Part shown: piece after piece, positions 38,222 through 48,061 of the stretch
How positions within the stretch are numbered: position 1 is the stretch's first letter
How the letters are laid out: every line of letters starts with the position of its first letter
Source of the DNA: Candidatus Poribacteria bacterium
GTDB taxonomy: Bacteria; Poribacteria; WGA-4E; PCPOR2b
Assembly: GCA_965116925.1 (NCBI GenBank)
Contig: OZ220744.1
Location: 5,931,757 to 5,995,756 of the forward strand
Length of the DNA: 64,000 bases
Direction: 5' to 3'
Notes under the pieces: generated by a model
Seen by the model: only the letters and a program-made list of their open reading frames with translations
What the model was told of the DNA's origin: nothing
Database searches by the model: none
Program-made: the position numbers and the translations under genes

Positions 38222-40324
38222 TTATGCTTCTATACAGTGTATGACCGCAACCTCCCAAGGTTCGACTGTGATTTGGAACGCATCATCTGTAATCGGCACA
38301 TCACGATGAGCCAATAGGTCATGAGCATGGGCTGTTTTCCATTTGGGACGCAGGGTGACATGTACCTGTCGTGGTTCGAGGTTGAAGGCGAACAACAGCC
38401 GCCCTCCACGACGTGATTTTCGCACAATCGTTACCGCGCGATCTCCTTCGACAGATACCGTGGGGTGTACTCCAAATTCATCCGCCAGTCCAAGAACTAG
38501 GTCAGGCTGTCCCACATCGCCGAATCCTGCCGATAGCGTAAAGCCGAACCATGTGAAACGTCGATCCGCTGTCTGCACGGCTACGGTGTCACCGCCTAAA
38601 GATGCGATTGATTGAGTGTCGTTGTATGGTTCTAGGATAGCATATCCGCACGGTGTCTGAATAGTCGTTTGCCCATAAGGGGTTTCGACGATATTCCGTC
38701 CACATTCGATGTCGTACGGTGTTACTGCTGAGAAGTCCGCTACCCGCACGCCGAAACGCTCGGCGAACCCTTCCGGTGGACGGTAGCTGGACTGCCCATC
38801 GGCGGAATACATGCCGAAACTTCCCTCCGCCATGAAATGCGTTTCTGGGCTCTCTTGCAATGTTCGTTCGATCCGTGCCTGTGTTTCTCCACTCATCAGT
38901 GTAACATTCGGCAGAAACAGGAGCCGGTATCCCGACCAGTCCATCCGTGGTGTAATAACCTCCGCAGGGATGCCGTGGCTCCAAAGCGTCCGGTACACGC
39001 CACGCAGATCCGCTAAGAAGCGATCAGATTCATCGTTATAGCTGAAAAGTTCCTGCGATTCGGGGTGGTACACGATGCCTACGTCGGCGCGTGGACATTC
39101 CAGAGGTAGGTGTTCGGCGAGTCCTTCAATCTGCGCTATTGCACCCGCTGCCGCATCGAAACGGGATGTCGGTTCACCGTCTAGTGCTACCAGGTTATAG
39201 CCGGGAGACTCGAAACTGAGATATTCAGGGCGATATTGCCAGAACATCGTCCCCGCAGCACCGCACGCTAAGGTCATCCAGAGCAGCGTGGTTAGTTCTC
39301 GCGGGTCGGATTGCTTTTTCCACGTTACCCCGCCCCTCGACATACCTGCGTAGATCTCTTCATTCCACCAGCGTCCGTTGCGTCCGGCACTCCGTGACCA
39401 GTCGAAACTGAACGCTCGATCTGCAATTTGATAAGGGTCATCCGATGTGAGCAGATTGTTAGATGACATCGACATCCCCCAGCTGTCCACAATCCGCGCA
39501 CATCGCTCATCCCATGGACGTGGCGACCAGCCGCCGTGTGATCTCACCTCATGATGGGGGTCAATCTCCTCGACTTCGTCCACCATCCACTGCAAGTGGT
39601 TTGCTAAGTTTTCGTAGTGAAATTCGCGGTAGAGCAGCATCTCGACGACGTTCTGATCAGATCGTGGCGGTTCCACATCTTCCCAGCGGCGGTAGCGGCG
39701 TGAGAAACGGGTGTTGAGCGAATCCAGTGTGAATCGCTCGCGCAGCCACGCTTTGTACTTCGCAATTGTGTTTTCACAGTAACACGGGTAACCATCGCCA
39801 TCCCGGTGCCAGACCGATGCCAGATTCACTCCATCCCAGAGCCCCCAGATTAACAGGTTGGATCGATCTTTATAGCGATGGACTACGTGGCGCAACAGGC
39901 CGCCGCCGTACTCGCGCCAAGCGGGATGGTCGTAGCAGTGGATCATCGCACCTTGGGGATAAGCGGGGCCCGCGTCGGGCTCTGCCCGTTGCCCGCGGTG
40001 GTTGACAATCCGCATATCGGGATGCTCGCGGGTCAGCCACTCCGGACACGCGCCATGTGTCCCTAACACGATGTCGAGCCAGACGGACAATCCGTGTTTT
40101 TCTGCCAAGTCGAACATGTAGTCGAAGTCATCCAATTCGTAGATGCCGGGACGCGGTTCCATCCAGTTCCAATAGGTAAAGCTGCGTACCACCCGAAAGC
40201 CTGCCGCGTTTAACCGGGCGAAGTCTGCGTCCCAGCAGTCGAGCTTGGGCGTAGGTGCACGGTAGTATTCTACCCCGACGGGAAATGGAGTTTTCGGATG
40301 TTCAAAACGTTTTGTGATGGGCAT
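38222..40324 (-). CDS. glycoside hydrolase family 42 beta-galactosidase-like
   Basis: 700 aa. GH42 N-terminal TIM-barrel pattern (VGVEYYRAPTP...DADFARLNAAGFRVVRSF.W..MEPRPGIYELDDFDYMFDLAEKHGLSVWLDI...PEWL). Confidence 0.7.
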   Translation of the reverse strand: MPITKRFEHPKTPFPVGVEYYRAPTPKLDCWDADFARLNAAGFRVVRSFTYWNWMEPRPGIYELDDFDYMFDLAEKHGLSVWLDIVLGTHGACPEWLTREHPDMRIVNHRGQRAEPDAGPAYPQGAMIHCYDHPAWREYGGGLLRHVVHRYKDRSNLLIWGLWDGVNLASVWHRDGDGYPCYCENTIAKYKAWLRERFTLDSLNTRFSRRYRRWEDVEPPRSDQNVVEMLLYREFHYENLANHLQWMVDEVEEIDPHHEVRSHGGWSPRPWDERCARIVDSWGMSMSSNNLLTSDDPYQIADRAFSFDWSRSAGRNGRWWNEEIYAGMSRGGVTWKKQSDPRELTTLLWMTLACGAAGTMFWQYRPEYLSFESPGYNLVALDGEPTSRFDAAAGAIAQIEGLAEHLPLECPRADVGIVYHPESQELFSYNDESDRFLADLRGVYRTLWSHGIPAEVITPRMDWSGYRLLFLPNVTLMSGETQARIERTLQESPETHFMAEGSFGMYSADGQSSYRPPEGFAERFGVRVADFSAVTPYDIECGRNIVETPYGQTTIQTPCGYAILEPYNDTQSIASLGGDTVAVQTADRRFTWFGFTLSAGFGDVGQPDLVLGLADEFGVHPTVSVEGDRAVTIVRKSRRGGRLLFAFNLEPRQVHVTLRPKWKTAHAHDLLAHRDVPITDDAFQITVEPWEVAVIHCIEA

Positions 40325-40363
40325 TTGGTATCTCCTCTGTACAACCGATGATGTGAATATAAG

Positions 40364-40476
40364 TACTATAGTGAATTCAAAAAATAAAGAAACACTTGCG
40401 CCACCCCTGTTTGGTAGGCGCTGTTTATAACTGCGCCGATTTGGAGTGTCTCATTAATTCTAAGGTCCACTATAAT
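40364..40476. repeat. MITE-like element, family B (full copy)
   Basis: ACTATAGTGAATTCAAAAAATAAAGAAACACTTGCGCC...CATTAATTCTAAGGTCCACTATAAT. Near-identical ends to 8308-8416 with a diverged central hairpin. Confidence 0.7.
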
Positions 40477-40645
40477 TGGGGTTACAGGACCGGCTATTTG
40501 TGCTGTTGACGGGGATTTGAATCTCTGCTATACTGAGCGAGATCAACGGTCGAGAATCTGCGCCGTCCATCGTTGCATTCGCATATTCAAACGGATGGAT
40601 CCGGCGTCAATTTTAGCACGCTACACCCTTTAGGAGGAAGACATT

Positions 40646-41311
40646 ATGAGACTCATCCTCGTCGGCTGTGAATACGCCGGTAAGACAACGTTAGCCAATG
40701 AAATTGTGAAATGGATTGACAGCACACTGGGTGGTGCTCGCGGTTTCCATGACCATTTTACCATCCCTTCTAATGAATTAACAGTGGAAGATCAAGATCA
40801 ATTTGCCGCGCTGAGTCCGCGGCTCAAGGAGATGTTCCAGCGTTATATCATTGAGTATCACCTTCAGCCCGCATTTTATGCGGATCCGGACCACAATATG
40901 ACCGGTTTTCATATTGAGGAAGCGGTCTACGCGCCGTTGTATTACGGCTACGGTGGCAAAGGTGAATACGCGGAGCGCACGACGTTAGCGCGGGCGGTGG
41001 AGAAAACGATTATGGAGGAAGCACCCGACACAGTGCTCATCCTACTGACAGCGTCAGCGGAGGTCATTACACAACGGATGCGCGAAAATCCACAACCGCG
41101 CGGTGTCCTACAGGAGAAGGATATCGAGTATGTCCTGCAACGATTCGAGGAGGAGTACCAAGCCTCGCTGATCCGTAGAAAATTTACTCTCGATACCACA
41201 ACGGCGACTGTGGAGGAAACACTCGCTGAATTTGCCGAGCAGATTGAGTTGTACCTGTCGGATACGGACCGCCTGCGCATGTTAGCGCATCAGGCTTTAC
41301 ACGGGAAATGA
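40646..41311 (+). CDS. P-loop NTPase (AAA_28/NadR-kinase-like small ATPase)
   Basis: Walker A GCEYAGKTTL at residues 7-16. About 220 aa. Stop overlaps the next start by 4 bp. Confidence 0.55.
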   Translation: MRLILVGCEYAGKTTLANEIVKWIDSTLGGARGFHDHFTIPSNELTVEDQDQFAALSPRLKEMFQRYIIEYHLQPAFYADPDHNMTGFHIEEAVYAPLYYGYGGKGEYAERTTLARAVEKTIMEEAPDTVLILLTASAEVITQRMRENPQPRGVLQEKDIEYVLQRFEEEYQASLIRRKFTLDTTTATVEETLAEFAEQIELYLSDTDRLRMLAHQALHGK

Positions 41312-42201
41312 GTTTAAAAGGAAAATCTATGAAACGTCTGGCTTATACAATCGTTGCGGCAGGTGTAGTTTTCTTGTGCATTGCTGCTTGGGCGCAAATG
41401 GATTTCGCAAGGATTAAAATTAAAACGACCCACGTTGCCGGTAACATCTATATGCTGGAGGGGGCTGGGGGGAATATCGGTGCGTCGGTGGGACCGGACG
41501 GGATTCTGCTTGTTGACGATCAGTTTGCACCGTTGGCAGAAAAGATTCGGAACGCACTCAAAGAATTGGGTGAGGGACAGTTAAAGTTTCTGATCAACAC
41601 CCACTTTCACGGTGATCACACCGGCGGCAACGTCGTCTTCGGAAATGAGGTGCCTATCATCTCTCACGCCAATGTCCGAAAACGCCTACAGATAGAATCC
41701 TCTCCCAAAGAAGCCTTGCCGGTTGTCACATTCGATGATTCGTTGTCTATCCACTTCAACGGTGAGGAGATCCGTGTTATTCACTTCCCGAATAGCCATA
41801 CGGATGGCGACAGTGTCATTTTCTTCACCGGATCGAACGTGGTGCATATGGGAGATCTCTTCTTCTCCGGGCGATTTCCGTATGTTGATTTGAGCAACGG
41901 CGGAGATGTGAAGGGATTAATAAAGCATATTGAGAAACTCTTAGTCGAACTCCCGCCAGACGTAAAACTGATTCCGGGACACGGTCCACTATCGGATGTT
42001 GATGATCTCAGGACTTATCACCAGACGCTTGTAGCGACAACGGAGATAATTCGGGATCAGATAGAAGCAGGAAAAAGTTTGGAAGAAATTAAAGCGGCGG
42101 GACTTCCCAAAAAGTGGCGTTCGTGGGGAGCCGGTTTCATTTCGACGGGGCGATGGATTGAAATTGTCCACCGGAGTCTAGCGAAAACAGATGACATTTA
42201 A
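41308..42201 (+). CDS. MBL-fold metallo-hydrolase, secreted
   Basis: Signal peptide. HFHGDHTGG (HxHxDH zinc motif). Confidence 0.8.
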   Translation: MSLKGKSMKRLAYTIVAAGVVFLCIAAWAQMDFARIKIKTTHVAGNIYMLEGAGGNIGASVGPDGILLVDDQFAPLAEKIRNALKELGEGQLKFLINTHFHGDHTGGNVVFGNEVPIISHANVRKRLQIESSPKEALPVVTFDDSLSIHFNGEEIRVIHFPNSHTDGDSVIFFTGSNVVHMGDLFFSGRFPYVDLSNGGDVKGLIKHIEKLLVELPPDVKLIPGHGPLSDVDDLRTYHQTLVATTEIIRDQIEAGKSLEEIKAAGLPKKWRSWGAGFISTGRWIEIVHRSLAKTDDI

Positions 42202-42285
42202 TACAAAACCGCAGATCCCATAGAACCTTGTAGGGAATGCCCCATCGACATAGTTCTATGAAATCTGCGGTTCTTTGTAGTAGCT

Positions 42286-43677
42286 CTACAGGTTGTAGCC
42301 TCGTTCGTTGTGTAGTGCGAGGTCTAATCCTTCTTGTTCATCGTTGTATCTGACACGTAAACCAATCGCCCTATCAACAGCCTTGAGAATAATAAAGGAA
42401 ACAATTCCGCTCCAAAGTATGGTTACGATGAGACTGACAAACTGACTCCAAAGTTGTAAACCAATACTTTTGTCCATTCCCATTCCACCTAATCCTTCTG
42501 CGGCGAATATGCCGGTCATCAAGCATCCAACGATACCACCGATGCCGTGTACGCCAAAGGCATCAAGCGAATCGTCATATCCGAGCTTATGCTTGAGACT
42601 GGTTGCACCCCAGAAGCAGATCACACCTGAAGCGAGTCCGATAACCAATGCGCCCATCGGTCCAACGCTGCCGGAGGCTGGTGTAATTGCCACAAGCCCT
42701 GCGACAGCACCGGTGACGATACCTAGCACGCTCGGCTTTTTGTACTTTATCCACTCAATAAACATCCAAGCCAATGCGGCGGTGCCTGTGGAGATTTGTG
42801 TGACTAGCATCGCCATTCCTGCTGCACCATCAGCTGCCAAAGCACTACCGGCATTAAAACCGAACCAGCCGACCCAGAGCATAGAAGCACCAATGACTGT
42901 TAAGGTCAAGTTATGGGGTGGCATGGGGGTCTCAGGATAGCCGTAGCGTTTGCCAATCATTAGGGCAGCGACAAGCGCCGCAACACCTGCGTTGACGTGC
43001 ACCACAGTCCCACCGGCAAAATCGAGTGCGCCCAAAATATCTCCAAAGTATGAACCATCCCCAGCCCACGCCATGTGGCAGATTGGCGCGTACACAATTA
43101 TAGACCAGATCCCCATGAACCAGAGCATAGCGGAGAATTTCATTCGTTCCGCAAAGGCACCCGCGATCAGGGCGGGGGTGATGATGGCAAAGGTCATCTG
43201 GAAGCAGATAAACACTGTTTCCGGGATAGTGCCTGATAAACTATCCGCGTTCACACCCTGGAGGAAAACCTTGCCAAGCCCTCCAACGAATGAGTGGCCA
43301 TTGGTTACTTTTGACATCATACCGGTTGTATCAAAGGCAATACTATAGCCAATCACAATCCATATAACGGTAATCAGCCCGGTCAGCGTAAAACACTGCA
43401 TCAATAGCGATAGCACATTTTTGGCACGCACCAGGCCGCCATAGAACAGGGCAAGACCGGGAATGGTCATGAACAGAACCAGTGCTGTTGCTGTGAGCAG
43501 CCAAGCGGTATCACCCGAATCAAGCGCGTCTTCAGCGAGAGCAAGTTTCGGGAGAGCTAAGAACATCAGTACAAACAGCATTCCCAGAACAGTTCTGGGT
43601 TTACCGTATCTTAAAAGCCTTATAGGTTTTACTATATGTTTCTGAAACCTAAACACACTCTGTGGTTGTTGGTGCAT
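42286..43677 (-). CDS. amt: ammonium transporter (Amt family)
   Basis: Amt signature regions and 11-12 TM helices. GGAGGT lies 5 nt before the MHQQ start at 43677. The ORF opens at 43689. Confidence 0.85.
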   Translation of the reverse strand: MHQQPQSVFRFQKHIVKPIRLLRYGKPRTVLGMLFVLMFLALPKLALAEDALDSGDTAWLLTATALVLFMTIPGLALFYGGLVRAKNVLSLLMQCFTLTGLITVIWIVIGYSIAFDTTGMMSKVTNGHSFVGGLGKVFLQGVNADSLSGTIPETVFICFQMTFAIITPALIAGAFAERMKFSAMLWFMGIWSIIVYAPICHMAWAGDGSYFGDILGALDFAGGTVVHVNAGVAALVAALMIGKRYGYPETPMPPHNLTLTVIGASMLWVGWFGFNAGSALAADGAAGMAMLVTQISTGTAALAWMFIEWIKYKKPSVLGIVTGAVAGLVAITPASGSVGPMGALVIGLASGVICFWGATSLKHKLGYDDSLDAFGVHGIGGIVGCLMTGIFAAEGLGGMGMDKSIGLQLWSQFVSLIVTILWSGIVSFIILKAVDRAIGLRVRYNDEQEGLDLALHNERGYNL

Positions 43678-43922
43678 TTTTACCTCCATTTAGGTTTAGA
43701 CGACCACTAACTGCCCCGATCAGATCGGGATTTCGCTACGCTCAGCTTGAAAATTGTTTCAAACTCCTTGTCAGGCAGTATAACACCCTCGGTTTCAAAA
43801 GTAAACAGAAATTTTTCGATTTTATTCAAATGGATGCCTTTGTCCACAAGGAGGAATTGATAAATTGATTGTATCTTGATAAGCATTCAGATGTAGCTTT
43901 TACCTGAACGCCTATCGATTTT

Positions 43923-45290
43923 CTAGTTAATAGAAGATATTGTAAAGTCTGGATACGCACTGGCACCGTGCTCACCATAATCCAACCCTTCTAACTCCTC
44001 TTCTTCGCTAGCGCGCAATCCAACAATCCTTTTGATACCATAAAACAGGATAAAACCTGCTACCATACACCACGCAAAAACGGCAACAACTCCAATGAAT
44101 TGGGCACCGAAGAACTTGAATGCTGCACCTTTATCCGCTGCATAGAGGATTCCTTGCTCGGTATGGAATAGCCCAAGCAGAAGCGTTCCCAAAGCACCGC
44201 AAACGCCGTGTACAGAAATCGCGCCAACTGGATCATCAATTCTCAGGCTTTCAATTATCAGGACCGAGAATACGACCACAATACCTGCAATTGCGCCAAT
44301 GATTACTGCTGCCACTGGTGTAACAAACGCGCACGGTGCGGTAATCGCAACGAGGCCGGCGAGTGCGCCGTTGAGTGCCATACCAGCATCGGGCTTCTTG
44401 AGTTTGAACCAAGCGGTTATCATGGCTAGAATTGCGCCTGCTGCGGCAGCAAGGTTTGTCGTTACAGCAATTAATGCAATAGGTTTTGCATCAGCTGCCA
44501 TCTGGCTACCCGGATTAAATCCGAACCAGCCGAGCCATAGGATAAAGACACCGAGTGCTGCCAACGGTAGGTTATGTCCGGGAATCGGACGGGGAGTTCC
44601 GTTTGCGTCATACTTACCGGTGCGAGCACCGAGTACGATCGCGCCTGCTAAAGCGAGCCAACCACCCGTTGAGTGGACAACCGTTGAGCCTGCAAAATCC
44701 AACATTCCCATACTCGACAGCCAACCGCCTCCCCAGATCCAGTGCCCGACGATTGGGTAGATTAAACCGGTGATGAAAACGCTGTAAATCAGATAGCTTC
44801 TGAACTTTGTGCGTTCAGCCATCGCACCAGAGACGATTGTCGCTGCGGTGGCGGCAAAAACCAGCTGGAACAACCATGCAGCGAGCGTTGGGACGGAACT
44901 CCATTCCAGGGCGCTGAAACCTTTTGTTTCTCCGGAGACGAACCATCCACTTAATCCCATGAAGCCGTTGCCATCGCCAAACATAATTGCGAATCCGATC
45001 GCCCAGTAAGCGATAGCCCCCATTGAGAAATCCATTAGGTTTTTCATCAGGATATTGACGGCGTTTTTCGCGCGGGTAAATCCCGCCTCAACCATGGAGA
45101 AGCCTGCTTGCATAAAGAAAACCAGAAAGGCAGCGACCAATACCCAGATGGTATCAGCAATATATTTTGAGGTTTCGATCTTTTCACCTTCAACGAAGCC
45201 GTCTAGGGCGAAAGCGTTCATACCTAGACATAGCGTCAAAATCAGAACAATTCCTGCAATTCTGTAATCATTCAGAAAGATTTTTTTCAT
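43923..45290 (-). CDS. amt: ammonium transporter (Amt family), second copy
   Basis: Paralog of the upstream gene. GGAGA SD before MKKIFLN at 45290. The ORF opens at 45314. Confidence 0.85.
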   Translation of the reverse strand: MKKIFLNDYRIAGIVLILTLCLGMNAFALDGFVEGEKIETSKYIADTIWVLVAAFLVFFMQAGFSMVEAGFTRAKNAVNILMKNLMDFSMGAIAYWAIGFAIMFGDGNGFMGLSGWFVSGETKGFSALEWSSVPTLAAWLFQLVFAATAATIVSGAMAERTKFRSYLIYSVFITGLIYPIVGHWIWGGGWLSSMGMLDFAGSTVVHSTGGWLALAGAIVLGARTGKYDANGTPRPIPGHNLPLAALGVFILWLGWFGFNPGSQMAADAKPIALIAVTTNLAAAAGAILAMITAWFKLKKPDAGMALNGALAGLVAITAPCAFVTPVAAVIIGAIAGIVVVFSVLIIESLRIDDPVGAISVHGVCGALGTLLLGLFHTEQGILYAADKGAAFKFFGAQFIGVVAVFAWCMVAGFILFYGIKRIVGLRASEEEELEGLDYGEHGASAYPDFTISSIN

Positions 45291-45724
45291 TTTTGTCTCC
45301 TTATTAAGAGGCACCCGCGTCGGCGTATTGTAAATTATCCGTAAAGCGGAGGAAAGATTAACGAGAGGTTGTAGCCGCTTGGATCGTTTATCTTTCCGAT
45401 GCCAAAGACTAAATCTTTATGCTAATGACCGTAGGCAAGAAAGATGCCAGTGGTTAATGAGGATATTTTTTCTAGCGGCGCAAACAGTTGAAAGACAGAG
45501 ACAACGGCGTTATGACAGGATTTTTTGAAATGATTGGCTGTGTAATGTTCCTCCCAAAGTGCTAATACATTTTTTAGCAATCTGCTGAAAATTTAGGCAG
45601 CGAATCACCTGAATTTCAGGCAAATGCATCTGATGCTAATCTTGTCTGCTTGATCTTGACTTTACATTGTATGGGTGCTTTAGGTATAATTGATTGACGC
45701 AGTTGGTTCATCAACTTCTTAGCA

Positions 45725-47018
45725 GTGGAAGCCCCGTCCTTTAGGACGGGGAGGAAACTGCGCCTCCTTTTTTGATAGATTCAAAACATTGATTATGAAA
45801 AAGACTTATGAATACAGAGCCTATCCAACAGTCAAGCAATCGAATAAATTAGTCGCATGGCTTGAAATCCTTCGCAACTTGTATAATCAAGCACTTGCAT
45901 GGCGTAAGCAAACCTACGAACAGACCGGTCAGTCCGTTAAGAAATCAACCCAAGAAAAAGCCTTAACGCCGTTTCGCCAAGAATCAGACACAGTCGCATC
46001 GCTTCATATTGATGTTTTGCAGGATACGATTGACCGATTAGACAAAGCCTATCAATCGTTTTTTCGCCGTGGTAAGAATAGCGACAAGACCGGCTTCCCA
46101 CGCTTCAAAGGTGCCGGGCGGTATCGGTCAATGACGTTTAAGCACTTGGCGAAACAGTTAATACGCGATATTCGCAAGCGGACAGCGCGAGTCGTCGTGC
46201 CGAAAATCGGTCATGTTAAAATCCATTACCACCGGCCGTTGCCCGACGGGAAAATTAAGACATTGACGGTACGGCGTAAAGCAAGTGGGTGGTATGTATG
46301 TATAGTCGTTGAGATTGCAGACCCTGTTGAGATTCCCGTTGAAACCACAATCGGGATAGACGTAGGACTGAAATCCTTCCTGACCACCTCAGATGGTGAT
46401 AAAGTCGCCAACCCTCGGCACTTCCGTCGGTCAGAAAAGAGACTTGGTAAAGCACAACGGATATTGTCCCGTCGTGACAAAGGCAGTGTCCGCTATGAGA
46501 AACAACGGGGGCATGTTGCCAAGATACATGAACATATCGGCAATCAACGTCGTGATTTTCAGGGTAAGACCGCTCATTGGTTGTTTTGCCAATGCGAAGA
46601 GGTCGCTGTTGAAGACCTGAAAATCAAGAACATGGTAAAGAATAAGCATCTATCTAAGAGCATATCTGACGCTGGCTGGGGTAGCTTTCGATTAAGACTT
46701 CAGAGCAAAGCTGCAAACGCTGGCTTGACGTTGACGAAAGTTGACCCCAAGCACACCAGTCAGAAATGCTCAGGTTGTGATGCGGTTGTACCCAAATCGT
46801 TATCAGAACGTGTCCATGACTGTCCCCATTGTGGGCGGGTATTAGACCGGGACCATAACGCTGCGATAAATATTAAAAAGGCTGCTGTAGCCTTGCGTGA
46901 AGGTGTGTCGGTGGTGAACGACCCCGAAACCCCCTGTTTGGGGACAGAAGCGCGGAACTCAATAAGACCCATTGGACGGACAAACAAGACCCGTCCTTTA
47001 GGGCGGGGTAACTGACTC
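45725..47018 (+). mobile_element. IS605-family TnpB-only element (IS1341-like) with subterminal hairpins
   Basis: Left hairpin CCCCGTCCTTTAGGACGGGG at 45732-45751. Right hairpin CCCGTCCTTTAGGGCGGGG at 46990-47008 overlaps the last tnpB codons. No tnpA. Confidence 0.7.
45789..47015 (+). CDS. tnpB: TnpB (OrfB, RuvC-like + zinc finger; RNA-guided nuclease family)
   Basis: RuvC-I IGIDVGLKSF. Zinc finger CSGCDAVVPKSLSERVHDCPHCG. RuvC-III DRDHNAAINI. 408 aa. Confidence 0.85.
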   Translation: MIMKKTYEYRAYPTVKQSNKLVAWLEILRNLYNQALAWRKQTYEQTGQSVKKSTQEKALTPFRQESDTVASLHIDVLQDTIDRLDKAYQSFFRRGKNSDKTGFPRFKGAGRYRSMTFKHLAKQLIRDIRKRTARVVVPKIGHVKIHYHRPLPDGKIKTLTVRRKASGWYVCIVVEIADPVEIPVETTIGIDVGLKSFLTTSDGDKVANPRHFRRSEKRLGKAQRILSRRDKGSVRYEKQRGHVAKIHEHIGNQRRDFQGKTAHWLFCQCEEVAVEDLKIKNMVKNKHLSKSISDAGWGSFRLRLQSKAANAGLTLTKVDPKHTSQKCSGCDAVVPKSLSERVHDCPHCGRVLDRDHNAAINIKKAAVALREGVSVVNDPETPCLGTEARNSIRPIGRTNKTRPLGRGN

Positions 47019-47029
47019 TAGGAGGGATC

Positions 47030-48019
47030 ATGAATCAGTTGGTAAAAGTTGGTTTTGTTGGAACAGGCGGCATCGCAAATAGCCATCTCCGTAACCTTGC
47101 AGAGATGGAAAATGTGCGTATCGCAGCCCTTTGTGATATTGATGAAGCACGCGTAAACGCAGCAGTCGAAACCTACGGCGGACAGGCGTATACAGATTAC
47201 CACAAGATGTTTGATGGGGTGGATCTGGATGCTGTCTATTTCTGTCTGCCTCCTTTCGCGCACTCTGACGCAGAGATAATCGCAGCAGAGAGAGGATTTC
47301 ACCTGCTTGTGCAGAAGCCGGTTGTGCTAGAACTTGAGACCGGGCTCCGCATTATGGAAACGATTGAGAAATCAGGTGTGATCTCCTGTGTGGGCTATCA
47401 AGGGCGGTACAGCAATGTTGCAACCGCTGCGCGCGATTTTCTCAAGGATAAAACCATCGGCATGGTGGCTTGCCATCGCTGGGGAGGTGTCCCTGGGGGA
47501 CCGAACCATTGGTGGCGTATGATGGAGAAATCGGGTGGGATGCTTCATGAGCAGGCGACTCACCAGCTCGATATGATTCGGTACACCGCCGGTGAAATTG
47601 TCGAGGTCTATAAGATTGATGCCATGCAGATTAATGTTGATCAGGAGAACCATACAATCCCTGATGCGGAGGTGGTCACGCTTCAGTTTGAGAGCGGAGC
47701 AGTTGGCTACATCTCGACCAGTTCTGCATTGATTAATGGTGGTGGGGGTACGCACACCGATTTTATCGTCGAGGGGCACTACACTGTTCAGCTCGGTTGG
47801 GGTGAGGTGCGAATTGTTCCCGAAGATGCGGCAACCATTGAAGTATCTGATGAACAACCCTTCTCAATTGATGAAGCGTTTATCCAAGCGATTCAGACGG
47901 GCAATCAATCGGTTATCCGGTCCTCCTATACGGATGGACTTAAATCAGCAGCGATATCAATTGCTGCGAACCAGTCATCGCGTGAGGGCAGACCGGTGCG
48001 TGTGCCGACGATCTCGTAG
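47030..48019 (+). CDS. Gfo/Idh/MocA family oxidoreductase
   Basis: VGFVGTGGIANSH Rossmann N-terminus. Family-typical EKP motif region (LVQKP). Confidence 0.8.
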   Translation: MNQLVKVGFVGTGGIANSHLRNLAEMENVRIAALCDIDEARVNAAVETYGGQAYTDYHKMFDGVDLDAVYFCLPPFAHSDAEIIAAERGFHLLVQKPVVLELETGLRIMETIEKSGVISCVGYQGRYSNVATAARDFLKDKTIGMVACHRWGGVPGGPNHWWRMMEKSGGMLHEQATHQLDMIRYTAGEIVEVYKIDAMQINVDQENHTIPDAEVVTLQFESGAVGYISTSSALINGGGGTHTDFIVEGHYTVQLGWGEVRIVPEDAATIEVSDEQPFSIDEAFIQAIQTGNQSVIRSSYTDGLKSAAISIAANQSSREGRPVRVPTIS

Positions 48020-48061
48020 GAAAAAAATTGTATAGGGAAAATGTAATAACGGAGGTAACGG

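Noticed and set aside
45640-45700. Sigma70-like promoter TTGACT...TAGGTATAAT upstream of the IS left end
   Set aside because: The spacer length between the -35 and -10 candidates is about 23 nt, which is too long for a canonical promoter. It is mentioned only as a possibility.
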